Shown one piece after another: positions 18,505-27,753 of a stretch of DNA of 57,526 bases. Location of the stretch: assembly GCA_038065615.1 (NCBI GenBank), contig JBBTQQ010000002.1, positions 1 through 57,526 of the forward strand, given 5' to 3'. The DNA is from Patescibacteria group bacterium. GTDB taxonomy: Bacteria; Patescibacteriota; Doudnabacteria; UBA920; VMFF01. A program made the translations under genes and the position numbers. The notes under the pieces were generated by a model. That model saw only the letters and a program-made list of their open reading frames with translations, did no database searches and was not told where the DNA came from. Position 1 is the first letter of the stretch. Every line of letters starts with the position of its first letter.

Positions 18505-18535
18505 AGAAAAAAGCCCCGGCTCGGGGCTTTTTTTA
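18505..18535. terminator. Bidirectional terminator between convergent pspC-like and ybaB genes
   Basis: AAAAAAGCCCCG-GCT-CGGGGCTTTTTTT: a GC stem flanked by an A-run and a T-run. Confidence 0.75.
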
Positions 18536-18811
18536 TTGAAACATACTTCCGTATTTTTCTTGCATCATTTTCTTAAAGTTTTCATTTAAGTCATGCAGCG
18601 CTTCTCTAATATCTTGAGCGATCTTTTTTCTGTCTCCAACAACGCCGTCCATAACTTCAACGCTTTTAATGTCCTGATTCCCATCCATGATTAAACGAAT
18701 CATAGCGTCATTAGACTGTCCTGTAACCTGAACCTGTGCAAGCTGCATTTGCATTTGTTTAGCTTGCTGACGCATTGAATTTAAGTCTTTTAGCTTATCA
18801 AACATTCCCAT
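18533..18811 (-). CDS. ybaB: YbaB/EbfC family nucleoid-associated protein
   Basis: 92 aa. The MQQAKQMQMQLAQVQV...G..VKV-type layout is typical of YbaB. Confidence 0.7.
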   Translation of the reverse strand: MGMFDKLKDLNSMRQQAKQMQMQLAQVQVTGQSNDAMIRLIMDGNQDIKSVEVMDGVVGDRKKIAQDIREALHDLNENFKKMMQEKYGSMFQ

Positions 18812-18849
18812 ATGTGTCCCTTTCTTGATTTAAGGAAATAATATACGAA

Positions 18850-19569
18850 TTAGTGGAAAATCTCAATCTTAACGTCTCGAACGCCCCAGCCCTTTGAAAG
18901 GAGTAATCTTCTTGTATCTTTAATCATTTCAGGAGAACCACAGATATATGCTAAATATCCTGTAAACCTAGAGCTGTTTTCTTCAATATATTTAGTTATT
19001 CTTCCTGTTTCCCCTGTCCAACCTGCTTGTGGTTTCGAAAGCATTGGAATGAAAGTAAAGTTTGGATATTCTTCTGCAAGTTTTGAGAACTCATCGTGGT
19101 AGAAAATATCCTCTTCGTTTCTAACTCCAAAAAATAACGCGATCTTCTTATCAAACCCACTCTTTAACAAATCTGTTATCATTGATCTAAACGGAGCAAT
19201 TCCAGCACCTGTTGCAAGAAACAACAAGTCTCTGGTTTTGTCTGAGACAATGAAACCACCATATGGACCCTCTAGGTTAAACTGAGTACCTGGTTTTGAA
19301 TTAAGCACTAGCTGAGAACCAGGACCCATTGGAGTAACATCAACGCAGAAGCTTAACTCATTACCATGTTCTGGTAATGATGTTAAAGAATACAAACGCT
19401 TTTCTTTGGTTTGAAGATCAGGACCTTCTGTCTCAGGAAGAACGTGGAAACCAACGCACTGCCCTGCTTTAAACTCTAAGTTACTTGAATTAACCAAACG
19501 AACGTTTAATTCATAGATTTTACTGGTCAGCTGTTTTTTAGATACTACTTCTACTTTGTACACTTCCAT
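18850..19569 (-). CDS. FAD/NAD(P)-binding oxidoreductase (ferredoxin-NADP reductase-like fold)
   Basis: FAD motif RLYSLTS and NAD(P) motif LFLATGAGIAPFRS. C-terminal CGSPEM is typical of the FNR family. Confidence 0.8.
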   Translation of the reverse strand: MEVYKVEVVSKKQLTSKIYELNVRLVNSSNLEFKAGQCVGFHVLPETEGPDLQTKEKRLYSLTSLPEHGNELSFCVDVTPMGPGSQLVLNSKPGTQFNLEGPYGGFIVSDKTRDLLFLATGAGIAPFRSMITDLLKSGFDKKIALFFGVRNEEDIFYHDEFSKLAEEYPNFTFIPMLSKPQAGWTGETGRITKYIEENSSRFTGYLAYICGSPEMIKDTRRLLLSKGWGVRDVKIEIFH

Positions 19570-19630
19570 AGTTTGTGTGTTTACACGACTGTTAAGATAT
19601 TATATACTTTTAGGGCTTTTTGATAAACTT

Positions 19631-19705
19631 TGGGGTGTCGCCAAGTGGTAAGGCAGCGGCCTTTGAAGCCGCCATTCGTAGGTTCGAATCCTACCACCCC
19701 AGCCA
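19631..19705 (+). tRNA. tRNA-Gln (anticodon UUG)
   Basis: TGGGGTGTCGCCAAGTGGTAAGGCAGCGGCCTTTGAAGCCGCCATTCGTAGGTTCGAATCCTACCACCCCAGCCA. Anticodon stem GCGGC/GCCGC with loop CT-TTG-AA, T arm GTAGG-TTCGAAT-CCTAC, encoded CCA. Confidence 0.9.
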
Positions 19706-19724
19706 AGTCGTGATAGGTTCGGCT

Positions 19725-19734
19725 TCCGAGGAGG
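19725..19734 (+). repeat. Direct repeat copy 1 (TCCGAGGAGG), 20 nt after tRNA-Gln
   Basis: Exact 10-mer, repeated at 20261-20270. A degenerate copy TCCGAGGTG lies at 20337-20345. Confidence 0.7.
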
Positions 19735-19761
19735 ATTAGTTTTTGATATAATAAATTAAAC

Positions 19762-19989
19762 ATGAACAATAAATATTTATACATCCTATTCCTGTCTATT
19801 ATATTGATTTCGGGACTTTCTTTCTATTGGTTTTCGTGGAGACCAACAGAGATTCGTAAGGATTGTTTTCAGAAAGAGTATAGCTATGTTTATTATCCGA
19901 CATCCGAAAGTGATAGGGCCGTAGGAAATTCGGTAGACTTTAACTATAAATATTTAGAGTGTGTTCGTTTCTACGGATTGCCGGATTGA
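19762..19989 (+). CDS. Hypothetical small protein with N-terminal TM/signal anchor (75 aa)
   Basis: The ORF starts with a hydrophobic segment YLYILFLSIILISGLSFYWF. No family recognised. Confidence 0.4.
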   Translation: MNNKYLYILFLSIILISGLSFYWFSWRPTEIRKDCFQKEYSYVYYPTSESDRAVGNSVDFNYKYLECVRFYGLPD

Positions 19990-20249
19990 TAATCCTTAAT
20001 GGTCTTACCTTGAATACGATTTTTCTTAATATAGTTGGGTTGGTTCTAAATACAATAGCTGCCATTGTTTTATTATTTCCGAATTTGAGGAAAACTAGGA
20101 ATGTTGATGATGACTATATCGTTTCAATGAATAAAGAGACGGGAGAATACGCTCAGAAAAAGCATCTAGTAGAAAAGAGGGTTAGTCTTGTAGGATTGAT
20201 GTTACTAACATTAGGGTTTGCATTACAACTTATTGCGGTCTTATTTTAA
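19959..20249 (+). CDS. Hypothetical small membrane protein (start uncertain)
   Basis: ORF with two hydrophobic spans. It overlaps the previous ORF by 31 nt, so the true start may be internal. Confidence 0.35.
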   Translation: MCSFLRIAGLIILNGLTLNTIFLNIVGLVLNTIAAIVLLFPNLRKTRNVDDDYIVSMNKETGEYAQKKHLVEKRVSLVGLMLLTLGFALQLIAVLF

Positions 20250-20260
20250 AAAGTCTTTTG

Positions 20261-20270
20261 TCCGAGGAGG
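20261..20270 (+). repeat. Direct repeat copy 2 (TCCGAGGAGG)
   Basis: Exact copy of 19725-19734. Together the two copies bracket the small membrane ORFs. Confidence 0.7.
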
Positions 20271-20402
20271 GTCGAAATCAAGATTAAAAATACGCCTCAA
20301 AAACCCTTATGGGGTCTAGCTTTTCAAAAATCCTAGTCCGAGGTGTCCAGCCAAGGTTGGAAGTATCGAGGTGACCTATGTGCCTCGAAAAAATACATTA
20401 TT

Positions 20403-20822
20403 ATGAACACACACTCCCTAAAGCTTAATTATATATGGAATAGAATAATTCCAAATTTTTCTTTTGAATCATGGCGAAGTATTCCAAGTGAATATATGGC
20501 TCCCGGTGTTTATCGCTGGAGTATTACTCGTGCCAACGGAGATACCTCTTACTATATTGGAGAGTCTGTAAATCTAAGGCGTAGAATAAGAAATTATTCA
20601 GTGCCCGGCCCAAACCAGATGACTAGTCTGCGCATCAATAAACTTTTTAAAACCGAGCTTAAGAGAAAAAGTAAAATCTTGCTCGAGCTCATAGATCTTA
20701 AAGAACTGAGAGTTGATAATAAAGTATTTTCTAAAAAAGATTTGAAAAGTTCTTACACACGAAAGCTAATCGAAAATTTAGTCCTAGTTGAGCACAGCGA
20801 TCTCAAAGTTCATAATCTTTAA
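20403..20822 (+). CDS. GIY-YIG domain nuclease-like protein
   Basis: GVYRWSI...YYIGESVNLRRRIRNY matches the GIY-(10-11 aa)-YIG-x-S-x-NL-xx-R pattern. ATG at 20403 (MNTHSLKL) is preferred over the track's GTG at 20343. Confidence 0.65.
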   Translation: MNTHSLKLNYIWNRIIPNFSFESWRSIPSEYMAPGVYRWSITRANGDTSYYIGESVNLRRRIRNYSVPGPNQMTSLRINKLFKTELKRKSKILLELIDLKELRVDNKVFSKKDLKSSYTRKLIENLVLVEHSDLKVHNL

Positions 20823-20877
20823 ACAAATATGTCGGAAATTTATAATCAAAATCCAAAACTTGCCAATTCAAAAAAAT

Positions 20878-21170
20878 ATTATCGCTGTATTTAACTTGCC
20901 CTCCACTTGACGATACACGAGCAAACTACGATTTGGTTGGAGGATTCAAAATCAAATCCGACCTTTCACTTCTCGAAAAAAACTGCAACAATATACATTT
21001 GTTTTTCTCAGCTGATGATGATGTTGTTCCAGTATCTCACGCAAAAAATATTCTAAAAAACTTAAAAACGCAAAAATCACTATATACAAGAGCAAAAACG
21101 GGAATTTCAAAATATCTAAATTCCCGGAGATTATAACAATAATTAAAAAAGATATAAAAGCTATTAAATA
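20878..21170 (+). pseudogene. Remnant of an alpha/beta serine hydrolase (YdeN/RBBP9-like C-terminal half), frameshifted
   Basis: One frame gives ...IHLFFSADDDVVPVSHAKNILKNL.... A +1 shift near 21095 continues as KNGNFKISKFPEIITIIKKDIKAIK*. The N-terminal nucleophile half is absent, and an isolated 21-codon ATG ORF at 20829 precedes it. Confidence 0.4.
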
Positions 21171-21175
21171 AATCA

Positions 21176-21949
21176 ATGAATTTAAACAACAACTTTTTAG
21201 AAATCGCTCTTCAAGCAGCAAAAGAAGCCGGCAATATTTTGATGACATACTACGGGAATACTGAAGAAAAGTTTAAAAACTCAAGCTATGATATTGGATC
21301 TGTAGTTACCGAAGCTGATCTAGCATCTGAAAAGAAAATCGTGGAGATTTTAAAAGCTGCTTTTCCTGACCATGGTTTTCACCTTGAAGAAAATGGAATA
21401 GATAACGAATCTGCAGAATACATTTGGTATATTGATCCTCTAGATGGTACTTCGAACTTTGTTAGAAGCATCCCGTTATTTGGCATATCAATTGGGTTAG
21501 CCCAAAAAGGAGTACCAATACTCGGGGTTCTGTATTTTCCAGCATTAAATCTATTAGTCCACGCAACGAAAGATCAAGGGGCTTTTGCTAACAACAAAAA
21601 GATAGAAGTTTCCAAAAGACCTCTAGAGAAAACCCTCTATTATTCTGGTGGTAAATTTAATGGGAAGATGCTTCTTAACCAAGCGCTAGTCAATAGTGTT
21701 GCGATGATTAAAATAATCGATTCTAGTTCATACGAGTTTGCACAAATAGCTATGGGAAACGCAGAAATATACTCTTTAATAAACATCCCTCATGATGTTG
21801 TTGCTGGTGTATGCATAGTCAGAGAAGCAGGCGGTAAAGTTACTGATGGTAGTGGAAAACCATGGGCTATTCATTCTGATACGATCCTGGCTACAAATGG
21901 GATTGTACACGATCAAGTCTTAAAGTTGATACAGACACAAAAGGATTAA
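21176..21949 (+). CDS. suhB: Inositol monophosphatase family protein
   Basis: Motifs LEENG..., WYIDPLDGTSNF and DSSSYEF... are typical of the IMPase/SuhB family. Confidence 0.85.
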   Translation: MNLNNNFLEIALQAAKEAGNILMTYYGNTEEKFKNSSYDIGSVVTEADLASEKKIVEILKAAFPDHGFHLEENGIDNESAEYIWYIDPLDGTSNFVRSIPLFGISIGLAQKGVPILGVLYFPALNLLVHATKDQGAFANNKKIEVSKRPLEKTLYYSGGKFNGKMLLNQALVNSVAMIKIIDSSSYEFAQIAMGNAEIYSLINIPHDVVAGVCIVREAGGKVTDGSGKPWAIHSDTILATNGIVHDQVLKLIQTQKD

Positions 21950-21968
21950 ACTTAGATTAAACAACAGC

Positions 21969-23216
21969 ATGGATAAAAAGAAACTATTTCTGTGGAGCAT
22001 GTACGATTTCGCTAACTCCATTATTTGGATTATCTTTTTTCTATACTTTTCTCAATGGCTAACAATAGAAAGAGGGGTTTCAGATTTCTGGTACAACTTT
22101 ATCTTCACAGCATCTAGTATTCTACTTGTACTAACTGCTCCTGTCGCTGCTTCTATTGCTGACAAAAAAAGAGTTAAATTGCCTGGTTTAAGAATTACAA
22201 CTGTACTTTCTTTTATATTCTTCTTCTTAACCGGTGTAATAGCCGCTTTCTATCCTGATCACTATGTTCTTGCTTTAGTCTTTGCAACTTTAGCAATGTA
22301 TCTTTATCTTTTCTGTTTTACTTACTACCATCCCCTGCTTTCAGATATAGCCCCTCCTGAAAAACAAGGATTGGCATCTGGTTGGGGAATTTTTGGAAAC
22401 GAGACAGGACAAATATTCGCTCTGTTAGCCAGCATACCTTTGGCGTCTGGAACCATAATATTATTTCACTCATCTTTACGCGCCCAGACCCTTATTCCAG
22501 CGGCAATCCTCTTTTTTGTGTTCTCTCTTCCAATGCTGATTTTCTTTAAAGAAAAAAATACCAAACTCGAAGTCAAAGCAAACCTTAAATCCGAATACAA
22601 AAGCATAGTTAAGTCCACTGTAAAGATGTTCAAACTACCTGGACTAGGACGTTTTTTTCTGGCTTACTTCTTTTTTAATGACGCGATAATCACTGCTTCA
22701 AATAATTTTGCAATCTATTTAGAAAGAGTCTTCAAAGTAAACGATACAACAAAATCCCTGGTGCTAGTAGGCATAATATTCGTAGGTGCTATTGGCGCAC
22801 CAATCAGCGGCTGGATTTCAGATAAATATGGATGGAAGAGAACTCTGATGTGGCTTTTAATCGGGTTCGCGGTAATATTCCCTCTTCTCTCAGTGCTTTC
22901 TAATTTTTATGCTTTCCTTGCAGTCGTTATTATTATGGGTCTTTGGTGGGGTGGCATTTGGTCTGTTACAAGAGCTATAGTCCTAGATTTAACTCCAGAA
23001 CATGACTTAAACCAAGCCTTTACTTTCTACACCCTTATGGAAAGATTTTCAACTTTGATAGGGCCTATCTCATGGGGACTAATCGTTGCTTTTGTAACAC
23101 AAACAAATTCTTTGAATTACAAGATAGCCATAGCTAGCATGACAGTCTTTATCCTAATTGGTTTGTACATAGCTAGAAAATTACCGGATAAAAAGAAGCT
23201 TCTTCCGAACACATAA
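21969..23216 (+). CDS. MFS transporter (UMF1/Atg22-like)
   Basis: About 12 TM helices. The N-terminal WSMYDFANS resembles the hallmark of the UMF1 family. Confidence 0.7.
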   Translation: MDKKKLFLWSMYDFANSIIWIIFFLYFSQWLTIERGVSDFWYNFIFTASSILLVLTAPVAASIADKKRVKLPGLRITTVLSFIFFFLTGVIAAFYPDHYVLALVFATLAMYLYLFCFTYYHPLLSDIAPPEKQGLASGWGIFGNETGQIFALLASIPLASGTIILFHSSLRAQTLIPAAILFFVFSLPMLIFFKEKNTKLEVKANLKSEYKSIVKSTVKMFKLPGLGRFFLAYFFFNDAIITASNNFAIYLERVFKVNDTTKSLVLVGIIFVGAIGAPISGWISDKYGWKRTLMWLLIGFAVIFPLLSVLSNFYAFLAVVIIMGLWWGGIWSVTRAIVLDLTPEHDLNQAFTFYTLMERFSTLIGPISWGLIVAFVTQTNSLNYKIAIASMTVFILIGLYIARKLPDKKKLLPNT

Positions 23217-23252
23217 ATCGCCTGTCTGGCGATTTTTTGTTATGCTTCCATC

Positions 23253-23951
23253 ATGAATCCAGAGAAAACTAAAAACGTCTTCAAGCTTCTCTCTATCCCT
23301 TTGCTCCTCTTAGGGATATATCTTCTCCTTGCCTTGATCTGGAGAATATTCCATCTACCGACAGACAAAGCTTTGTTTGAAGTTCTGAGAGGCTACTTTA
23401 CTGAATACGGTCTTTGGCTTATCTTCTTTGGTGCAATCATTGAAGGTTTTTTGCTCTTAGGGCAGTACTTTCCGGGTGGTTTAATAATCTTTCTAGGAGT
23501 CATTACTGCAGGACAAGATTTAAAAAGAGTTGTCTTAGTTGTTTCCATTGTTTCGTTATCCTTTTTAATCTCATATTCTCTAAACTACATTGTTGGAAAA
23601 TATGGTTGGTACAAACTACTAGTTAAGTTTGGTTTAAGAGAATCACTTGAAGATGCAAAAATAAAACTCATAAAACATGAGTTTAACGCAATCTTCTTAA
23701 GTTACTGGGAACCTAATCTAGCTTCAATTACTGCAACAGCGGCTGGGGTTTTGTTTATGCCTTTTAAACGCTTTTTATTGTATTCCCTGCTTGGAGTTAT
23801 CTTCTGGAATACTTTCTGGGGAACATTAGTAGCTTCTCTTGGTGAGAATGCCATAAAGATTATGGGCATTAAGTATGTCCTTGTAATCTTTGGTGCTTGG
23901 ATTTGTATAATCTTGATAAAAAAGTTTTTCTTCGAAAAGAAAACTACTTAA
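23253..23951 (+). CDS. DedA/VTT-domain family membrane protein
   Basis: 232-aa polytopic protein with LWLIFFGAIIEGFLLLGQYFPGG, similar to the DedA core. Confidence 0.55.
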   Translation: MNPEKTKNVFKLLSIPLLLLGIYLLLALIWRIFHLPTDKALFEVLRGYFTEYGLWLIFFGAIIEGFLLLGQYFPGGLIIFLGVITAGQDLKRVVLVVSIVSLSFLISYSLNYIVGKYGWYKLLVKFGLRESLEDAKIKLIKHEFNAIFLSYWEPNLASITATAAGVLFMPFKRFLLYSLLGVIFWNTFWGTLVASLGENAIKIMGIKYVLVIFGAWICIILIKKFFFEKKTT

Positions 23952-24552
23952 GAAAATCTAAAGGATCAATCCAATTTTTTAGATCGTCTTGTTTCTGAAC
24001 ATATCCTAAGATATTTATGCTATTTCCTTTGTGGATTCCAAGGTGCAAATGTTTTCTTTCACCGTCTGTTTCAGAAGAATACCCTTTTCCTAAAACACCG
24101 ATTACATCTCCTGTTTTAAACGAGCCTTCTGCTTTGACGCTGGAAACCTTTAAATGCCCATATATGACAGTTACAATCTGTTCCTTGATATTACAGGCCT
24201 GAACAACAACTCCACCATAACCTGTGGCGATCTTCTTTAACACCAGATCCCCTTCACAGATTGCTCGAACCTGAATGTCTTTGTTTTGCTCATTTGCAAA
24301 TGTTTCAAAATCAGCTCCTGTGTGATATCCACTAAACTTTTCGGGTTGCACCGGTGAAGTTGCTTTTGATATCTGTATACCAAAAGGTTTTTTAGTTATC
24401 CTCTCTTTCCCATTTTCTAAAGGAATGTTAGAAGCATTCGTTGTCTGTTCTGTAGGAGCAGTTGCTTTATTATTCATTAAAAAGAAAAAACCCACAATTA
24501 ACAAAAAAGCTGAAAAGAACAATATCTTCTTGTTTCGTGGGTGTACAATCAT
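23944..24552 (-). CDS. M23 family metallopeptidase (peptidoglycan endopeptidase)
   Basis: HTGADFE (HxxxD) and HLHLGIH (HxH) motifs with an N-terminal anchor. Confidence 0.8.
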   Translation of the reverse strand: MIVHPRNKKILFFSAFLLIVGFFFLMNNKATAPTEQTTNASNIPLENGKERITKKPFGIQISKATSPVQPEKFSGYHTGADFETFANEQNKDIQVRAICEGDLVLKKIATGYGGVVVQACNIKEQIVTVIYGHLKVSSVKAEGSFKTGDVIGVLGKGYSSETDGERKHLHLGIHKGNSINILGYVQKQDDLKNWIDPLDFLK

Positions 24553-24562
24553 AGGGTTATGA

Positions 24563-25456
24563 TTAAACTTTTAGGTTTTTTATATATTCAGCAAGGTCTG
24601 ATCCGAGCTCTTGATCTTTTAATCCTAACTCAATGTTTGCCTTCATGTATTCAAGCTTGCTGCCACAGTCATAGTATTTACCGTTTTGAATTTCTTTTGC
24701 GTAGAGCTGTTTTCCTTGAGCAAGAAGTTTGTTTACTCCTTCCCAGATAACGAACTCATCTTTTCTTCCAGAGGCATCAAATTCTGTTCTTGCTTCTTGA
24801 AGTGCTTGAAAAAGGTCAGGAGTAAAAATGCCGCTAAAAACAACCGCCATTTGTGAGGTTGTTTTTCCTGGTCCTGGCTTTTCAACGATTTTTGTTACTT
24901 TAATCAAACCTGGTTCTACTTCCTCGCCTTCTACAAAACCATAACGCTTGTAATCATCTGGCTCGTTTTTTCTTTGAGTTGCAATTACTGGAGCATTGTA
25001 TTTTTCATAGACCTCAACCAATTGCTGACAACGTGTTGGAGTTGCTTCAAAAATATCATCTGCTGAAAGCAAAAAAAATGGTTCATCTCCAATCAAATCC
25101 TTTGCATTTAAAACAGGCGTACCATTACCTAATGGTCCACGTTGGCGAAGATAGAAGAAATCAGCAATATCAGCAATCTTTCTGATGCTTTCTAATTCCT
25201 TAGTTTTACCTGCTTCTAAAAGTCTTGTTTCTAATTCAAAAGGGTAATCAAAATGATCTTCTAATGCTTTCTTAAACCAACCTGTGACTATGATTATATC
25301 TTCAGCTCCTGCTGAAACCGCATCCTCAACAATGTATTGGATGACTGGTTTGTCTACTACAGGAAGCATTTCTTTAGGAAGTGCTTTGGTTGCAGGCAAG
25401 AATCTTGTACCATAACCTGCTGCGGGAATTAAAGCTTTTCTTACTTTTTGTGCCAT
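24563..25456 (-). CDS. galU: UTP--glucose-1-phosphate uridylyltransferase
   Basis: KALIPAAGYGTRFLPATKALPKEMLPVVDKPVIQYIVEDA is the canonical GalU N-terminus. Confidence 0.9.
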   Translation of the reverse strand: MAQKVRKALIPAAGYGTRFLPATKALPKEMLPVVDKPVIQYIVEDAVSAGAEDIIIVTGWFKKALEDHFDYPFELETRLLEAGKTKELESIRKIADIADFFYLRQRGPLGNGTPVLNAKDLIGDEPFFLLSADDIFEATPTRCQQLVEVYEKYNAPVIATQRKNEPDDYKRYGFVEGEEVEPGLIKVTKIVEKPGPGKTTSQMAVVFSGIFTPDLFQALQEARTEFDASGRKDEFVIWEGVNKLLAQGKQLYAKEIQNGKYYDCGSKLEYMKANIELGLKDQELGSDLAEYIKNLKV

Positions 25457-25501
25457 AGTTTTAGTTAATTAATCTTTGGAAAGTATATTACAAGGTTTTA
25501 A

Positions 25502-26980
25502 TTAAGACAACTCAGAACCAAACACCTCAAATGCAACAGCAGAAGTATCAACTCCTTGTGCAGTGTCTTTTTTCTGAAGTGTCATTTCCAAGGAAAACTC
25601 CGTTTCAAAGGTATTCCTTAAAATATTAAGCAAAACTTCTTTGTTCTTTGCATTCTCGAGCGCGTCTTTATGGAACTTAAAATCACATTGTAAAACCAGA
25701 TGATTATTCTCAGCAGATTGTAAGTAAACGTTTTTCATGACAGCAAAAAGAGTGCTTGCTTGTTCTTTTAGCTCAAGCAAAATCTTTGGCCAAGCTGCGA
25801 AAACATCAGCTTCTAATACCGCTTTATCTACCAATGGCTTTTTTTTTACTTCTTTCTCTGTTTCTTTAACCGCCTCAGTAACAACTAAAGGTGCTTTTAC
25901 AGCAGTACCCTGCTCTGTTAAACATGCTTCCGCAGCAGCAATCTCAACTGGTAACTCAACGTTTGGACTTATTGCAAAATCTTTGTTAGCTCTTAAGAAC
26001 AACCTTATTACATACATTAAATGTTGTGGTTTTACTTCTTGGGCTTGTCTTGTTAGATTTTCTTTTTGAGTTTGGTCTAGCGCAAAATCCATGTCTGCGC
26101 CAAGGGAAATCATTAAGACCTTTCTTAAGTACTCAAGGAAGTCTTTGTTAAACTGAATTGGATCTACTCCGGAATTAAAGATCTCTGAAAGAAAGTTTAA
26201 AGCATCAGCAGCATTTTTCTTGTTTAATAGGTCTAAAAATTTCTGTGATGCAATTACATTAGTTATACCAAGCAGTGCTTCTGCTTGCGCAAGGTCTATT
26301 TTTTCAAATGTAGAAAGCTTGTCTAATATTGAAAGCGCGTCTCTAACACTTCCTTCTGCTGAATTAACAACAAGCTCTAAGCTCTCTTTATCGATCTTAA
26401 TTTTCTCTTTTTTAGAGACTTCCTCTAAGTATTCTAAAAGTCTTGCGTTATCTATTTTTTTAAAATCAAAACGCTGAGTTCTTGAAATGATGGTTGCAGG
26501 AACTTTGTGAACCTCTGTTGTTGCGAGGATGAAGACTGCGTGTGCTGGAGGCTCTTCTAATGTCTTAAGAAGCGCATTAAAAGCACCCTTAGAAAGCATG
26601 TGAACCTCATCAATGATGAAAACCTTGTACTTAGCGCTTGTTGGACTGAATTTAAGATGTTCCGTAATTTCTCTAATATTTTCAACACCTGTATTTGATG
26701 CTGCGTCTATTTCTACTAAATCTAAACCAGTGCTGTTTAAAAACTGTCTGCAGTTATCACAGTTGTTGCAAGGTTCTCCGTTTTTTTGTTTCACGCAGTT
26801 TATTGCCCTAGCTAATATTCTTGCAACCGATGTCTTACCTGTACCTCTTGTTCCTGTGAACAGATAGGCATGCGCAAAAGAACCTGCTGCAATTGCTTTT
26901 TGCAGGGTTGTCTTTATGTGCTCCTGGTTTATAACCTCGGAAAAAGACTTTGGTCTGTAATCTCTGTATAGGACTGGCAT
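25502..26980 (-). CDS. dnaX: DNA polymerase III subunit gamma/tau
   Basis: Walker A GTRGTGKTS, Zn module CNNCDNC, Walker B IIDEVHMLS, and sensor SRTQRF. Confidence 0.9.
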   Translation of the reverse strand: MPVLYRDYRPKSFSEVINQEHIKTTLQKAIAAGSFAHAYLFTGTRGTGKTSVARILARAINCVKQKNGEPCNNCDNCRQFLNSTGLDLVEIDAASNTGVENIREITEHLKFSPTSAKYKVFIIDEVHMLSKGAFNALLKTLEEPPAHAVFILATTEVHKVPATIISRTQRFDFKKIDNARLLEYLEEVSKKEKIKIDKESLELVVNSAEGSVRDALSILDKLSTFEKIDLAQAEALLGITNVIASQKFLDLLNKKNAADALNFLSEIFNSGVDPIQFNKDFLEYLRKVLMISLGADMDFALDQTQKENLTRQAQEVKPQHLMYVIRLFLRANKDFAISPNVELPVEIAAAEACLTEQGTAVKAPLVVTEAVKETEKEVKKKPLVDKAVLEADVFAAWPKILLELKEQASTLFAVMKNVYLQSAENNHLVLQCDFKFHKDALENAKNKEVLLNILRNTFETEFSLEMTLQKKDTAQGVDTSAVAFEVFGSELS

Positions 26981-27024
26981 GAATAGAGTATATCAAAAAA
27001 CCGGTGGTTCGGCGATTGATATTA

Positions 27025-27687
27025 TTATGATTTTAATACGATCTTTTTAAGGTCTAAAAGGTTGGTTATGATGTAGTCTGGCTTGTGCTTAACAAGTAGT
27101 TTTCTGCTGTGATATCCACCTATAATTGCGGCTGTTTTAGCTTTAATCTCCTTCCCTATCTGTATTTCCTCAACAGTATCACCAACAAGTAAAACTTCTT
27201 TTGCTTTGAAGCCTTTCTTTTTGATGTATGATGCTAGTTTATCTTTTTTGCTTCTTCCGTTGAAAGAACCACCTCTTCCATCATTACCGATTAAAATATC
27301 AAAGTATTCCCCTATCCCCAAACGTTTCATCTGTCTGTCTAGACCATCCAAGCTATGATTGCTAAAAATTATAACGGTTATTTTTTGTTTTTTAAGCCAC
27401 TTCAAAATGTCTCTTGTGCCTGTTCTGGTTCTTGCTTTAACTGCCCAGGCCTCATAGGCATCATGGAAAGCATGAACAATGTAATCAGCATTTTCATCTA
27501 TCTCTTCTTGGGTAAAACCATGCGCTAAAAACATTTTTGAAATAGGGATATCAAAAATCTCTTGATATCCCTTGAAAGGCAAAAATGGTTTGTTTAAGAC
27601 CTCAAAAATGTCGTTGTCTATTTTCCAACAAATAACGGCGTCTGCTAATAATGTTCCGTTCCAGTCAAAAGCTACTAATTTAATCAT
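27025..27687 (-). CDS. HAD-superfamily hydrolase
   Basis: Motif I-like VAFDWNGTL and motif IV LLVGDTVEEI. Size is typical of phosphatase-type HADs. Confidence 0.65.
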   Translation of the reverse strand: MIKLVAFDWNGTLLADAVICWKIDNDIFEVLNKPFLPFKGYQEIFDIPISKMFLAHGFTQEEIDENADYIVHAFHDAYEAWAVKARTRTGTRDILKWLKKQKITVIIFSNHSLDGLDRQMKRLGIGEYFDILIGNDGRGGSFNGRSKKDKLASYIKKKGFKAKEVLLVGDTVEEIQIGKEIKAKTAAIIGGYHSRKLLVKHKPDYIITNLLDLKKIVLKS

Positions 27688-27713
27688 ACGGTTCTTTTAA
27701 TATCCAGAGTATA

Positions 27714-27740
27714 TCAAAAAACCCGACGCTTGTCGGGTTT
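27714..27740 (-). terminator. Rho-independent terminator after gtrA-like gene
   Basis: AACCCGAC-GCTT-GTCGGGTT, with a T-run on the minus strand (plus-strand AAAAAA at 27714-27720). Confidence 0.7.
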
Positions 27741-27753
27741 AAAATGTCTTCAA

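Noticed and set aside
19581-19784. 67-aa minus-strand ORF
   Set aside because: It runs straight through tRNA-Gln (19631-19705), so it is spurious.
20952-21248. 98-aa minus-strand ORF across the hydrolase remnant and the suhB start
   Set aside because: It is antisense to a recognisable (decayed) hydrolase frame and to suhB, and has a low-complexity L/I/F-rich translation.
25737-26867. Plus-strand ORFs antisense to dnaX (25737-26069, 26220-26477, 26613-26867). Similar antisense ORFs lie inside rplL/rplJ, the ATPase gene, lepA, lexA, guaB and the surface protein.
   Set aside because: They are low-complexity Ser/Leu/Phe-rich translations lying entirely inside well-supported conserved genes on the other strand. 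These are typical shadow ORFs.
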